Shown: piece by piece, positions 1-13,538 of the stretch
Layout of the letters: each line of letters begins with the position of its first letter
How positions within the stretch are numbered: position 1 is the first letter of the stretch
NCBI RefSeq assembly: GCF_009914755.1
Contig: NC_060927.1
Length of the DNA stretch: 64,000 nt
Reading direction: 5' to 3' (one strand)
Source: the human T2T-CHM13v2.0 reference genome, Homo sapiens
Position numbers and translations under genes: made by a program
Notes under the pieces: model-generated
The model's input: the letters and a program-made list of their open reading frames with translations, nothing else
Told to the model about the DNA's origin: nothing
The model's database searches: none

Positions 1-494
1 TTATTAATTTTGTTTTGTGTTTACTCTGAGTAAATAAAGGTTAATTGGTTCTGGAATGCCAGGGGGTGCTCTTAGGTTAACTAAACATTTAGACTCACAA
101 GACTATGCCATAGACCCCTTGTGGCATCAGTTTACTTGGAAAGATCCAGGACAGGAATCACAGCTTGCTAGCTGGGCAGCTTCAAGTATTCCTCTTCCAT
201 GGAATCCTTACCACAGTCCTGCACAGGTGGACAATTCATTCAGGTACAGAGGCAAAATCCCCACCAGTACATGTGAGAGCTGCCCTGACTTAGGAGCCTC
301 ATGACCCTCAGTGGCCACAATTGCTTATAACAGCTCCATACATATAGCTTTTCCAGGGCTACCTCAGATTTGAAACTCTAAGCCCCACTACTATGATTTT
401 TTAAAAATATGTAATTATTTAAATAAATTTCAAATACAATATGGAACTACACTACCAAATACAGATACCATTAACTAAAATTGATTGCTGAAAT

Positions 495-652
495 TAAAAT
501 TTTAATTAAATAAAATTAAATAAAATTTGAAATTCAGTTCTTTAGTAGCACTAGCCATGTTTCAAATGCTCAATAGCTGTAAGTGGCTATTGGCTACTGG
601 ATTAAACAGTACAGGTATAGAACACTTCCATCATCACAGAAAGTTCTATTAC
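495..652 (-). mobile_element. MER3-like hAT-Charlie DNA transposon fragment
   Basis: AAATTCAGTTC...GCACTAGCCATGTTTCAAATGCTCAATAGC...GTGGCTATTGGCTAC...ATAGAACACTTCCATCATCACAGAAAGTTCTATT matches the reverse complement of the MER3 consensus as recalled; boundaries approximate. Confidence 0.8.
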
Positions 653-1500
653 ATAACATTCAACAAGTTGCTTTTTGTTGCTAATATATCACAAATACTG
701 CCACAATGCTTTCTCAGGCCTTTTAAGAATATTATTTCCCATAACATCATTATTATTTTGTACTGTTAGTGTTTTATGACTAACACAGTGTAAAATCACT
801 AATTTTCCTTTATAACTTAACCAGAGAGTGATCAATGTTTTAAAGAAACCCAATGAGTGAAGAATAGGAAATTTAACAACTGCAGATATTAAAACTATTA
901 TACCTCCACTATGCCAAGAGTCATCATGATTTATTATAATTACTTTAGTTAAACTTCTCTTTTTACTGATAACTATTCAGTCCTACAAAGGCAGAAATAA
1001 ATGTATCCCTAGAACCTAACATCATGTGAGGCAACCAGTAAGAGTTCCTTTAATATGTGTTCAATAAACAATAAATAAAACAAACTCTTAGAATGCTAAA
1101 AGGTGTGTGAGCATGTATTACTGAACAGCTCTCACACAAAGTACCTCAGTACATCTCAGCCACTATATGTAACCTCATTACAAAGTCTACTATTTACAGC
1201 AGTGTTTATTTGCCTTGTTCTAGGTAGCTGGTTGATAAGACAGGAAAGATTTTTCTATCTTCCTTCAATATCATTAAAAAGAAAATCAGTAACTTTTTAT
1301 ATTTCTGTTAAGAACTCATTTCTTATACCTTTTTTCAACTTTAAGATATATTAAACTAGTAAAGTAAATTAGCTACAAAACTCCAGGAAATGTTAGTATT
1401 CTACATGAATTAAGAATGGTGACTTACATGTAAAATTGATTAAAAGTGATACAAAAAGCTGTTTTCACTCCATACTCCCACCTCAAAAGAAAACCTTCAC

Positions 1501-2079
1501 TATAAGAGGCCGAATCAGTGACCCTCCACATATGCTCTAATTCCTGGATCCTCTGAATGTGTTAGGTTACATGGTAAAAGGGGCTCTGCAGATGTAATTA
1601 AGGTTAAGGATCTTAGATGAAAAGATTATCCTGGATATCCCTGTAGTCTGATCTAATCGCATGGGCCTTTAAAAGCAGAAAACTTTCTCAGGTTGGAAGC
1701 AGTGTGACACAGCAGCATAAATTAGAGAGATCTGAAGCATGGGAAGGCTCTGAGATGGGACCCACAGGCAAGGACTTCAGAGGCCTCTAGGAAATCCTGG
1801 AAAGCATGAGAAGGAATGTGGGCAGCCTCTAGGAGGAAAGACCAGGCTTCAACTGACAGCCAGCATAAAAACAGGATCTCCAACAACTTAAATAAACTTG
1901 GAAGTAAATTCTTCCCCAGAGCCTCCAGTAAGGAATATAAGCCTTGCTGACACCTTGATTTTAGCCTGGCAAGACCCATGTCCAATTTCTAACCTACAGA
2001 CTGTGAGATAATAAATGGGCATTGTTTTAATCCACTAAATGTGTGGCATTTGTTAAGGCTGGAATAGAAAACTAATACA
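1501..2079 (+). mobile_element. MaLR solo LTR, MLT1 family (MLT1D/E-like)
   Basis: Typical MLT1 blocks: TTACATGGTAAAAGGGGCTCTGCAGATGTAATTAAGGTTAAGGATCTT, CTGACACCTTGATTTTAGCC, ACCTACAGACTGTGAGATAATAAA (polyA signal) and terminal ATAGAAAACTAATACA. Confidence 0.85.
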
Positions 2080-3974
2080 CTGGTCACTCTTTGTTTTGTT
2101 TTCTTTATATAAAAATGCTAGTGTCATTGCTAAATATCAGGGAATATATATACAATGTACTTATGCACACAGACATATGACATGAGTGATTTTTAAATAT
2201 TCTAAAGGAGTGTTTGAAAAAATGGCTATAAAGGCTCTAATCTACACACGCTAATAAGCTTTAACATTTGGCTTCCTCAATTCCACCTTTTTCAAGTCAC
2301 TCGTTCACTTGTTAAGAAATCTGCCACTTTCTCACTTGGGCAAGATGGCATTTTTAGACTAATGAACTTCCCTGTATTTTCAAAGCTATACACCACCTAG
2401 GCTGCTGCTGTTCTTTGTTCTTACCTCCATCTGATCTGCTGGAAAACATCTATGATGCAATTCCTTCTACATAAAGTTACTACAGTATTTCTTCTCAGTT
2501 ACTTTGCCTGAACACACAGAAACTGTTCACATTCTATAATTTTTTGCCACAGGTTTATTCAATCCCAAAAGCTATACATATCTGATAAAATGGGAATGGC
2601 TAAGTAAAAGTAGATATATCTATTCTTGATTGACTATTATGCAGATACTTAAAATTGGAGTCATGAAAATCAATTTTCTACTTTATTACCTAGTTATAAC
2701 ACATTAAGTGAAAATTTTAAAAGTTAACCACTTTATAATTAAAGTATGCATCAAGTTCACAAAAGAAGCTTAGTGTTGGTTGCATTAGGGAGGGAGGTGA
2801 TTTTATATATTGTGACTATACATTTTACCAAAAACATTAAATGACATTAAATTTGTAACATAATCCACATGCAGATACTGCTTCTCACAAGACTTCCTAT
2901 CACTCTCTTTACTATCTACTTAACTTGCAGCAACTATTCCGGTGCAGCTTTGGGTATGTGTGTGGGTGGGGAGCGGGGGACTATTTATAAATTTTGGTCC
3001 TCTTTCCCCTTAAAAATATAAGCATCTTGAGTTAAGGGACCACATCTATTAGTTCTTTTGTACATAATCAGTACCAATTATAGTGCCCTTAACACAACCG
3101 GCTGATTCTAACAAAATGCTGACTATTCACAAGTATACCTCTAAGAAGGCATTAACATTTTCCATACAGATGTGAAAAAATTGTAATTCAAAGGTGACAA
3201 TGGAAAACAATATATTCTAATTTATTAATATCTTACACAGCACCTGGAAAACCTTCACTATAATCAGTGAACTAAAAGCTTGTGCTGCTGCATGTAGAAA
3301 AGGAAATAAATGTTCAAGGTACGGCCAGAGACTGGAAACAGGTGATGAGAAAGAGCTAACAAACAACTGAAGCATGTGGACCAGGCTAATGAGGCTTTCA
3401 TTTCAGCCCTCAACTGATGAAGCCCCTATCTACTAAACCATTTTCTGGCATTTATTTTCATATTTACCACAATAGACACATGAATGCCCACACAATTTTC
3501 TGATTTCAAAATGAGAACTAATTCAAAAAGAAAACAATGATAGCTGTACCACTTTGGATAGTAAGAAAAGCTTTCTTACAGAGATTACATGTCTGATAAA
3601 AAATTTGTGAAAGCATATTCTTTAGAAAAATAAGTAGACATGTGTGCATATTAACAAAATGTACTGCCTTCGGAAAAGGAATGTTACAAAAGTAGTAATA
3701 ATACCAACTGAAGGAAGATGCTTTTATTACTTTAAATGATTTTAAAATAATGGTTTGTATAAACATCTGCTTGCAAAATCAGTATGCACTAAAAGTTAAT
3801 CGATATGATGCAGTCCAAGTACTTACTATAAGTAATACTTGTCTTAGCTTGCTTTATCTTTGTTTGATTTCTAATTCATTCTTGGGCTGAAATATGCTCA
3901 CAAAATTGTGGTGTGACAAATACACATTTTAAAAATGAGTTATTCTTTAATGACAAAACATTAAATAATAGCAA

Positions 3975-4247
3975 TTTTTTTTTTTGAGACAGAGTCTTGC
4001 TGTGTTGCCCAGCCTGGAGTGCAGTGGCATGATCCTGGCTCACTACAACCTCTGCCTCCTAGGTTCAAGTGATTCTCCTGCCTCAGCCTCCTGAGCAGCT
4101 GGGATTACAGGTGCGCACCATCACAGTGGGCTAATTTTTGTATTTTTAGTAGAGACAGGCTGGTCTTGAACTCCTGGCCTCAAGTGATCTGCCTGCCCCA
4201 GCCTCCCAAAGTGCTGGGATTACAGGCATAAGCCACCACGTCCAGCC
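3975..4247 (-). mobile_element. Alu (AluS-type) with ~20-bp internal deletion
   Basis: polyT, then GAGACAGAGTCTTGC...CCTCCCAAAGTGCTGGGATTACAGG; 11-bp target-site duplication AATAATAGCAA at 3964-3974 and 4248-4258; lacks the GGTTTCACCATGTTGGCC segment near 4157. Confidence 0.97.
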
Positions 4248-4967
4248 AATAATAGCAACTTATAATATGTGACTTATAACAGTGACTTATAATATGCTGT
4301 CCCCCAATGCACTTCATATCTTGAAGTCAAGGGATAAAGGAGGAAGATACATACACTGTAGGCGTTATTTTTAAGGGGGAAAAATTCTCAATCATACAAC
4401 TAAAAGTTATCACATGTATAATATGGGCTGCAAGTTTTCCTCTCTAGTTGTACCTGTTTATACTTCATATTTATAAGTGAGATAATAAATAAAAATAAAC
4501 ATCTTTATCATGCACACTTGCTAGCCTAATGCCATTTTTATAAATATTATCCCATGGTAGCATCATTAGGATAGCAAAGATACTTATTTACAATAAACTT
4601 CTACATTCATGGGAACATATTCCAAGACCTTTATGTATCTCCAAACTACCAAATCAGTGAACGATATAATTTACCCTAGAAAATGCAGTGATATACAACC
4701 ATGAGAATGACAGTAAAGCCACAATGAGATGCAGGCTCCTTAGATTACATATCTAATCATATGCAATTTGGTGAAAGCAGAAATAACGATTTATACAAAT
4801 TCTCTCTAAACTTTATATTATTGTAAGTCTAAGTTATTTTATTTTTTCCAATAGAAAAGTTCCTGGTACCAATTTTGAAAAATGGTATAGTCTTATGAAA
4901 TAATTAATTCATCTCTTTTGAGGAGAGGGAAAGGCAGTATTTTTCATTAGAAAAATCAGGTTTTCTT

Positions 4968-5288
<321 letters not shown>

Positions 5289-5319
5289 TTAGGTTTTCTT
5301 AATGAGAACATCATGAGGC

Positions 5320-5425
5320 TCCATCACCAACCTGTAAAATAGGGATTATGATAAATAACCATCTACCATCCACACTGGATTGTTCTGAGTATGCACCAAA
5401 AAGCTAGATTGGAAAGTACTTTTTA
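5320..5425 (+). mobile_element. MIR fragment
   Basis: CTGTAAAATAGGGATTATGATAA...TACC...GGATTGTTCTGAG resembles the MIR core; degenerate. Confidence 0.5.
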
Positions 5426-5869
5426 AACTCCAGTCAGTTTGATTTCCTGGCCTATCCCCTTCTAACCCTCCTAAAACATTGCCGCTTCAATTATTCTCTC
5501 TTACTCCCATACTACTCATTTCTGCCTTAACCTGTAAATATGCTCATCTTACCAATCTTAAGGAAAAAATAAAACACTTCCTTCAACCATGAAGCTCACA
5601 GATGCAGTCCTTTTTCCTGACATGTCCTCAGAATTAAGCTCTACCAAGAGTAGCCTACTACCTATATCTCCACAGCCTCATTTCTTATTTATTCCTCAAA
5701 TCCTCATGAGACTTGGACTTGTATCCATACCATTAGCACCCGTCATACCACTATCCTTTTTTGTTCAAAGCTCCTCCCTGGTATTTTTACCGGTTTCTCA
5801 TATCCCAACTCCCGCACTGCCCATCACAAGTTATTTAAACGCTGATATTCTGTGGGTTCGATTCAGAAC

Positions 5870-6180
5870 CCTTCACCCTTTTCTTGTCTCTCTATACTCT
5901 CTTCCTCAGTGATCTCAACCATTCCCTTCATTTTAACCAAGACCTGCACAGTGATGATTAGCAAATGTCTCCCTGATGTAAACCTCACTCTTCAACTGTG
6001 GGTCTGTATTCAACTGCTTACTAAACATCCCCCACATAGGTCCCCATAGGTATCTCAAGCTTAAAATGTCTGAAACTACTGAAATTACCATCTAAGCATC
6101 ATATTCACTCCCTAATTGCCTTGTCTTCCTTTCTTTATTCTCCTTCTTAGTTAATGACAATATTATCCCTCAAGTGAGAT
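5870..6180 (+). mobile_element. LINE-2 (L2) fragment
   Basis: CTCTATACTCTCTTCCTCAGTGATCTCAACCATTCCC...TATTCAACTGCTTACTAAACATC...TAGGTATCTCAAGCTTAAAATGTC resembles the L2 ORF2 3' region; may extend left to ~5450. Confidence 0.7.
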
Positions 6181-7119
6181 TACAGTTCAGTCCATTCAGC
6201 CTGAGAAAGCTGACTAAGAATAAAACAACAAAAAAGGAATAAACTTCAGTCCAATCTGAGCTCCCACTGTGAGCCACTGTGCTAGAATGCATGGAAACCA
6301 AAACAATTAAGTTATGGCCCGATTACTTAAGGAGATAATTCCACGAGGGAGACAGTTCAATTAACAAAATTATGTACATTGTATTTAATTCTGATAGAAA
6401 ATGATACAAATTTTATAACTTGTTCAAGTGCCTGTCTCTCAAATGAAATCAAACCCAACTCTCTGAAAACAGAGATTGTGTGTTTTCTTTAAATTCTAAG
6501 CACATAACGGGCACTAAGTAATTAATGAGTGAATGGACGATACTAATGAATTAAAAACACAGTTGTACTGCCATAAGATATTGAAGCACGATATTTTTCT
6601 GTACTTGAGAATTGGATTCAACTAAAACAGTTTGGACACATCACTTCTGCAGTCTCAAAATAATATATATTGTTAAGTGATATTCTAGATTATTTGATTG
6701 GCAGTGTTACCTTAATTCTCTTTGAGTCTCTAAATCCTGTAAAATGATTTGAGAATTTCTCTGTATTGCTACTTCAATTTTTACAGGTATTTGTATTATC
6801 TCCCAAATTAGTTTTATTGACAAATTTAATTAAAATGCTACTCATCATTCCTCTTTCCTCATTAGAGGCAATAAACAAAATTAGACCTAATAATGATCTC
6901 GGTATCAACCTCCTAATGTCCATCCGCCTCTAGGTAACATTTAAATTACACAGTTCATGCAAATCAATTTTTTTCTAACAAAATTATTATTAAAATCTCT
7001 CAAACCAAATAATATTATTTCCTATTTAGAACTAAGCAAAAGGAAGATAAAATGAAAACATTACATTTAGACAAGCAAAAGCAACAATTCAATATTCTTG
7101 AAAGGCGTTATCACAAGGT

Positions 7120-7320
7120 TACTTTGTAGAACAGGAAGTGTCAAACTATGCACATCAGCTGCCACCCGACATATACATGTCTCTGACATGGTAATAAAAT
7201 GAGAAACTGTTTTGTTTAATAATAATAATAATAAAGCAACAGCGGTGGGTGCACATTACATGTAGCATCTAGTCCTGGTTGCCTAGCAACCAGTCATGAG
7301 TGAAATCCACAGAGAATAAA
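7120..7320. promoter_or_regulatory. Candidate intronic enhancer-like motif cluster (RFX X-box, ETS, E-box)
   Basis: GTTGCCTAGCAAC (7278-7290) inside the inverted repeat CTGGTTGC-CTA-GCAACCAG; ACAGGAAGTG (7131-7140); CAGCTG (~7156). Motif evidence only. Confidence 0.35.
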
Positions 7321-7607
7321 AGCCCTTAAATGAATTTACAGTTTGTGCAACTTTCAAGGACTCAAAGAGATGTGTCAGTAGTTAATCTAAATTCTAGCTG
7401 GCAATTACCATATTCAGATGGAGGAAGGAGAATCCATCATTATCTCTCAGAATCAACTGTGAGATTAACTAGAAGCTAGATTCTACCCTTTAGGTTTTTA
7501 CCTTTTGAACCAGTGGTTTTCTAGGAAAAAAATTTTGACAAGATGATTTATAAATTATAAAAACTTTATGCAGAAAAAAACAACAAAATTTCACTAATAT
7601 AACTTGT

Positions 7608-8330
7608 ATTCATTCATTCAACAAAACATATAATACCTATCATACACCAGATACTGTCTCCGCTATTGAAAATACAAATATGAACATCACTTTACAAGCC
7701 TTCAAGCATACTATAATGGAGAAATCAAACAGTAAACAAACAATAACAATATCACAAATTCTGTAATACAGAGGAAGGCATGGGATATTATGAAAATATC
7801 TATAAAAGACTTCCAATTCAGACTACGGAGGTGAACTAATTAATGGTCAGGGAAAACTTATCAGAAGAGGTAATGTTTGAGATGAGTTTTAAAAGACAAG
7901 CAGAAGTTGTTATAAAAGTGGAGCATGAGGAGAATATAAATAGATTTGCGTATTTATATACATCTACAATATGCTTTAAATATATATTTCTAAAATATAT
8001 ATTTATATTATATATTTAAAATGTTTTAAAATTATATTAAATACATTTAAAATATCTTAAAATTATATTAAATACATTTGAAATGTTTTAAAATTATATA
8101 TATTATATATCTACAAATTTACATAAACAGAAGTGGCAGAAGGAAAAATATTTGTAATGCCGTAGAGGTGAGTGAGCAAAAAGCATGTTGTGTTAAAGGA
8201 ACTTCACGGCATTTGGTGAAATTAGGATCTCAGTGTTAAAACAGGAGTCCAAAGAGACAGACAGCCCAGGCCTCTTCCAGAAGGACCTCTTATGCCAGGC
8301 TAAGAAGTTCGGACTTCCTCCAGAATGAAA
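7608..8330 (-). mobile_element. LINE-2 (L2) 3' end, interrupted by an AT-rich tract
   Basis: Begins CATTCATTCAACAAA (antisense L2 tail) and continues GTCAGGGAAAACTTATCAGAAGAGGTAATGTTTGAGATGAGTTTTAAAAGA; right boundary uncertain. Confidence 0.65.
7950..8115. repeat. AT-rich low-complexity tract with ~31-bp tandem repeat
   Basis: ATTTAAAATGTTTTAAAATTATATTAAATAC repeated ~2.7 times at 8014-8100. Confidence 0.8.
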
Positions 8331-8859
8331 TTGGAGAGGCAGAGATGGGTCTTAAGCCAATGAATAATATAAACACATATGGCAATGATGTGAAATATAT
8401 CAGAAAGGGCAAAGCAAACAGACAAGATGCTATGATAGCAAGAGATATACTCAAGAGATAAAATTGCCAACAGAGTTGAATGCAGCAGGTGGACATTAAG
8501 CAAGAGACTCAAAAATAATTTCTGAGATTCTTAACTCACTAACACAGAGTTCTAGTAAATTTAACAATCATGTATAAATGTTGTTATACATAAAAATGTA
8601 TGCTATTCATTCCCTGCTGAAATATTAGACTTGATCAATCCGACAAAACAATTACACAAAGGTTACGACTTCTTCGTAACCCAACAAAACAATTATACAA
8701 AGGTTAAAAAGCTGTCTGGGAAGGAACAGTTACTGGAGAGCAGGAAGAAAAGGCAAGGAAAGTGGAGAGGGGAGGAAGAAAGAAAGGACAAATAAAGAAA
8801 TACTAAGAAAGAAAAAGAAAACTAAAACTAAAACTTTCTGGTGAAAGTAAAAATCTATC

Positions 8860-9600
8860 CACACTTCTGAAAGAGAAGTTTAAAAATAATTTTTCAAAAC
8901 CATAAAGGAAAACACTATTGGTGCTTGACTACATAAAACCTGAAAATGTAGGTATGTTGACTAATACAATTTTAGAATTTTAGAAAAAATGTATGTAACA
9001 AATACAACAAAGAGTCACTATCCTTTAAAGTATGTAAAAGCAAATAAGATCAGGAGATGCTATCAATAAGTGAGCAAAGAATACAGGTAGTTAATCCCAC
9101 CTCAAAAATAAGGAAAATGAATTATTATTACCGACAAAATGCACAGTATCACAACAGTATCTCTATGTCTAACCTATTAGCAACTGTTTTGACTGCCCTA
9201 TCTTGTTCAGAGTATAGTTACATGGCAGTATTATACAAATATGAGTGTATAGGTAGAATAAGATTTTGAAAAAGAAATATACATATACACTTAAATCTTT
9301 GAAATGGTTCACACCCTTTGACAAAGTAATTCTAATTCTGAAAACCTACCCTAAGAAAATGATCTAAAATACAAATAAAGGTTAACATATCACATTATTT
9401 TATAGTAGGAATAAAAAACTGGAAATGGTCTAAAGCTTCCCAAAGGGAGATAAATATGCTATAGTACAGATATACAAGAAAATATAATGTAGTCACTAAC
9501 AATAATGTTTTTAGAAAGATTTTAATACTAAAGGAAAAAATATTACAATATTTATAAAAATGGAAAAAGTAGTCACATAAACTATAATTTCAACACTGAG
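8860..9600 (+). mobile_element. Ancient L1 (L1M/L1ME-like) 3' fragment
   Basis: A-rich; CACACCCTTTGACAAAGTAATTCTAATTCTGAAAACCTACCCTAAGAAAAT and TTATTTTATAGTAGGAATAAAAAACTGGAAA resemble L1M 3' sequence; interrupted by the Alu at 9644. Confidence 0.55.
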
Positions 9601-9643
9601 TAAAAAACAACAATGACAACAACAACAACAAAAACATAGAAAG

Positions 9644-9952
9644 GGCAGGGTGCGGTGGCTTATGCCTGTAATCCCAGCACTTTGGGAGGCTGAAGCAGGT
9701 GGATCACCTGAGGTCAGGAGTTCGAGACCAGTCTGGCCAATATGGCAAAACCCTGTCTCTACTAAAAATACAAAAATTAAACAGGCGAGGTGCCCCACAC
9801 CTGTAATCCTAGCTACTTGGGAAGCTGAGGCACAAGAATTGCTTGAATCGGGGAGGCGGAGGTTGCAGTGAGCGGAGATCACACCACTGCACTCTAGCCT
9901 GGGTGACAGAGCAAGATTCCATCTCAAAAAATAAAAAATTAAAATTAAAATT
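9644..9952 (+). mobile_element. Alu (AluS-type), full length
   Basis: GGGTGCGGTGGCTTATGCCTGTAATCCCAGCACTTTGGGAGG...GCCTGGGTGACAGAGCAAGATTCCATCTC plus A-rich tail; TSD AAAAACATAGAAAG on both sides. Confidence 0.97.
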
Positions 9953-10425
9953 AAAAAACATAGAAAGGATAAATATTATTTCTGAGTAGTAATGATAGGG
10001 TTTTCCTTTTCCTTTCCTGTATTTTCTAACTTTATTTTTTAAATAATGAGACTATATTATTTTTGTATTTAGAAACAAACTCCATCCAACTCATCTATCC
10101 TCAATAAAAGTATGCCTTAACCTTGTATTTACATAAATAGCTCATTCATTTGAGATCTTTCTGTAAAGTTAGTTATCTCTACTCATTTAACTTAAACTTA
10201 TCAAGCAGTTCAGCACACTGTTGTTGAATTAAAAGAGCTTTCTACAGTGCCCTAAAGTCAAGGGTAACGAGTCCATGGTATTAAGAACTTCAATTTGAAT
10301 AACGGAATGAAAGCAAGAAAAAAAATAAGTTTTTAGTAATTGAAAGGGTTTCACCACTTTAATATACTTTATTCACTTTACTGCACTTGGATTTATAAGC
10401 ATAACAGGCTGTGCCTTTATATTAC

Positions 10426-10493
10426 CTGAGGTGATTGAGCAGAGGCTGAAGTCTTTCATCAGACTGCACAGCAGGCAAGGACCTGGCTGTTAA
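10426..10493 (-). pseudogene. PRIM2: Single 68-bp exon of a 5'-truncated, unprocessed PRIM2 (primase large subunit p58) duplicate; about residues 232-254, probably exon 8
   Basis: Minus strand reads ctaattttcttccctgcttttag|TTAACAGCCAGGTCCTTGCCTGCTGTGCAGTCTGATGAAAGACTTCAGCCTCTGCTCAATCACCTCAG|gtaat = [23 protein letters not shown], the PRIM2 peptide as I recall it; canonical AG/GT and polypyrimidine tract. Upstream intron replaced by alpha satellite after ~3 kb. Exon number and residue numbers are from memory. Confidence 0.92.
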
Positions 10494-13400
10494 CTAAAAG
10501 CAGGGAAGAAAATTAGTAAAAACAGCAAAGGCCGAACACCGAACATATTTGAATACTAAATGTAAAACGAGCTGAAGGGCAGATAGGGAGGCAATACTTA
10601 AAAATATAAGGTTCTATTTCTCTTTTTTCAAATCAAGAAATTATATAAAAACCTGACACATTACGTGATCAAAGCTAGCTACATGGTTCTAAGGACATAG
10701 GGTATGTCACTAAGTTTAAAAGTAAAGAAAAAGGTGAGCAAAACAGAGAGTAAAAGGGAGTGTCCTGAGTTCATGAAAAAGCATTCACTTATGAGACTAT
10801 TATCTTTGTAAATAAAAATGGAAAAACTTCTAAATGTAAAATTGTATAACAACCAATCTTGTAGCACCGAGTCCTAAGATGATGAATAAATTGGGAAGAT
10901 AAATTCTGATTTATAGCTAAGCCACTGTGAAACTGGTTACATACAGAAGTGTATGTACTTTATTCTGTCAGCCACATGACTATAAGGAACCAAGGATATC
11001 TTTTAAGTATACAGAAACAACTCAAAAGTATTTAATATTGAAATATGACCTCAAATTGAGCTAGGAAATAAGAAGTCAGAGCCAATACTGTGTACCAACT
11101 TGACAGCATATCATCAAAATGTGAATTTATGATCTGTTTTATTACAACAATATTAATTATATATCTATGTATCTCTATTTTCTTCTCTGTTCTTAAGAGA
11201 ATGCCTTTTTATAAGAATTTGACACAAGGAAATTAAAGACATTCATTCAAAGTAATCAGATAGCTTGAGGTAAACTTAACATCAAAACAAAAATAAAAGA
11301 TAAATCTCCTCAAGATTCAATTATGATCAAAATGGTTCTCATATTTTACTAATCAATCATTTAACAATTCACAAAAAAGAACCTTAAGACAAGCAACAAA
11401 CTGAAAGATATCTTTTGGGTTTATGTAGTGTATCCTCTCTTTCTAATTTTTTTCATACATTAATTACAATTTCCTAAAAATGGAAAACATTAGTTCATCA
11501 AATCTAATTTTTATATTATGCAAATAATGCTATCATCTAAAAATATCTTTTATATATTTTTTTAAAAGTTGGCCAAAGTGCCATATTCTGATAATAATGG
11601 AGAAGCTTTCCCAATTTTGTACAAGAGTCAACACCTCGACAGTTACTAATTTAAAATACAATAAAGTGAGACGATCTGCTGCAATTTTAGCACAATCAAT
11701 AGACTTTCAGTATCCCTGAAAAATACTAAGTATCAAAATACTAAGTACTAAGTATTAAAAATATACTAAGTAACATATATGTAACATATAAGATGTTATC
11801 AAGGTTATCAAATTCTATAAACAAAACACTTTAATACTTTAATACATCCTTTATCTGTTAATGTCAAATCCTGTTACAAAATGCCATTTTCATTGTTCAA
11901 GAGATTTCATGTCTCAGAACCAAAGCTGTGTTCTAAAACGATTTAAATGATTTATCTAGACATTTCAAAAGTCAGTTCTCTGAAAACAGAGCAGACAGAG
12001 TGGGCTTTCTCAGTCACTTCTGTCAATCTATATAGTATGCTTTCTAATAGAGGCAAACAGAAATCACCTCAGTAACAGCAAAATATTCTAGACATCTGTT
12101 AAGTCCATATAGGAAAGATTTTCACATCTACCCCTTCATCTTAATTTCAGTCTTCATTTCCTTTTCCCTAAACTATTAATACATCTCCACTGTTGTTTCT
12201 GCTGCCATTCTTGCCCCTTCCCTAATTTATACCAAGGTCAGAGTGAAATGTTCAAAATGAAAGTCAACCACACCCCTAATTAAAATCATCTAGTAATTCC
12301 CTCTGGCTCCCAGGGTAAAGTTATTACATCAGTCTTTCATCAGACATTTTCTTAAAATTTTCCTTTTAGGCAGCATTACTGAAACAATAGGCACAGAATG
12401 ATTGACTGACTACACAGCTTCTGCCAATTCCACAAAACACAATGACAGCACATTAGGTAGAAGTTTTCCATAGCTCCAGTTTTCTGGAACACATATGCTC
12501 GATGATTTGAGTTCTCCCATCCTCCCCTTCCCACCTCCAACTTACTTTCGAGATTGAATCTCTGGCAAGAATGATTCCTAAACCAGGGAGAGGCCAATGC
12601 TCTGAGTAAAATTATTTCAAGGAAGATTTTTGAGTTCTCCAAAGGTTTTCTTTTCAACTTTTAAAACAATTACCGTTTACAAAAAGAGCATGCATCTCTT
12701 CATGTTAAGTATATGAAGTAATAAATCTATTCCAAAGCTCTTTAAAGTGGCAAACCCATCTGCGAACCTTTTGCTGACAGAAAGCAAACTTCATTTTAGG
12801 AACTGTTGGCTCCATTTCTTCTGAAATTTTTCTCTGAGCTAATGTAGTTACCACTTACATCCACTGGACTGTGAGTGGTAACTGCATCCCTAGCACTTGC
12901 AACACAACAGATGTTTAGTTTAGCAAGTGTGTAATTTCATTAATTGATAAAAATGAAAGTATATGTCTATGTTTCATAAAGCTTTTCAAATTCCTGCTTT
13001 GAGCAAAACTAAATATAAATCAAAACTAAACTAAGTAACAATTATCAAGCCTTCCAAGAAAGCAATACACTGTCACAATGAGATTTTTAGCATTTCCTCT
13101 ACAACTAGAAAGCTATATCTATCCAGGTTAAATCGACTTTGGCTTCCAACTGTGTTTTAATTTTTTTTCTTTTTATAGAAAACAAAACAATGTACCAAAC
13201 ACATAAATCACCAGGAATGAAAGAGAGGGAAGATCTATCACAGTTTGCATCTGCAAAGCCTAAACGAGTTGTCTAAGTTTGGGCTATTTCATGAAAACCA
13301 TCATACAATTTGGCATAACTTATAGCTTATTTCTCATTATTGTTGAAAGGTTAGGGGTGAGTTAAGATGTCCTTTCATTATTAAAACTATATTAGCCCAC

Positions 13401-13538
13401 TGAATTAACTAATACAGTTTCCACTGTTTTTAGATAAGTATAACCGATCACTAACTCTTATATAAATCTCATTTTAAAAATTAGTATTACTGGGTAAATT
13501 TTGCCCTTTGACATCTATCTGGTTACAAAAATAATGCA

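Noticed and set aside
9511-9927. 138-aa and 73-aa ORFs
   Set aside because: Standard antisense and sense Alu translations ([21 protein letters not shown])
11720-11800. Short AATACTAAGTA-type repeats (also GTGACTTATAA at ~4258-4296)
   Set aside because: Ordinary slippage micro-duplications in AT-rich intron
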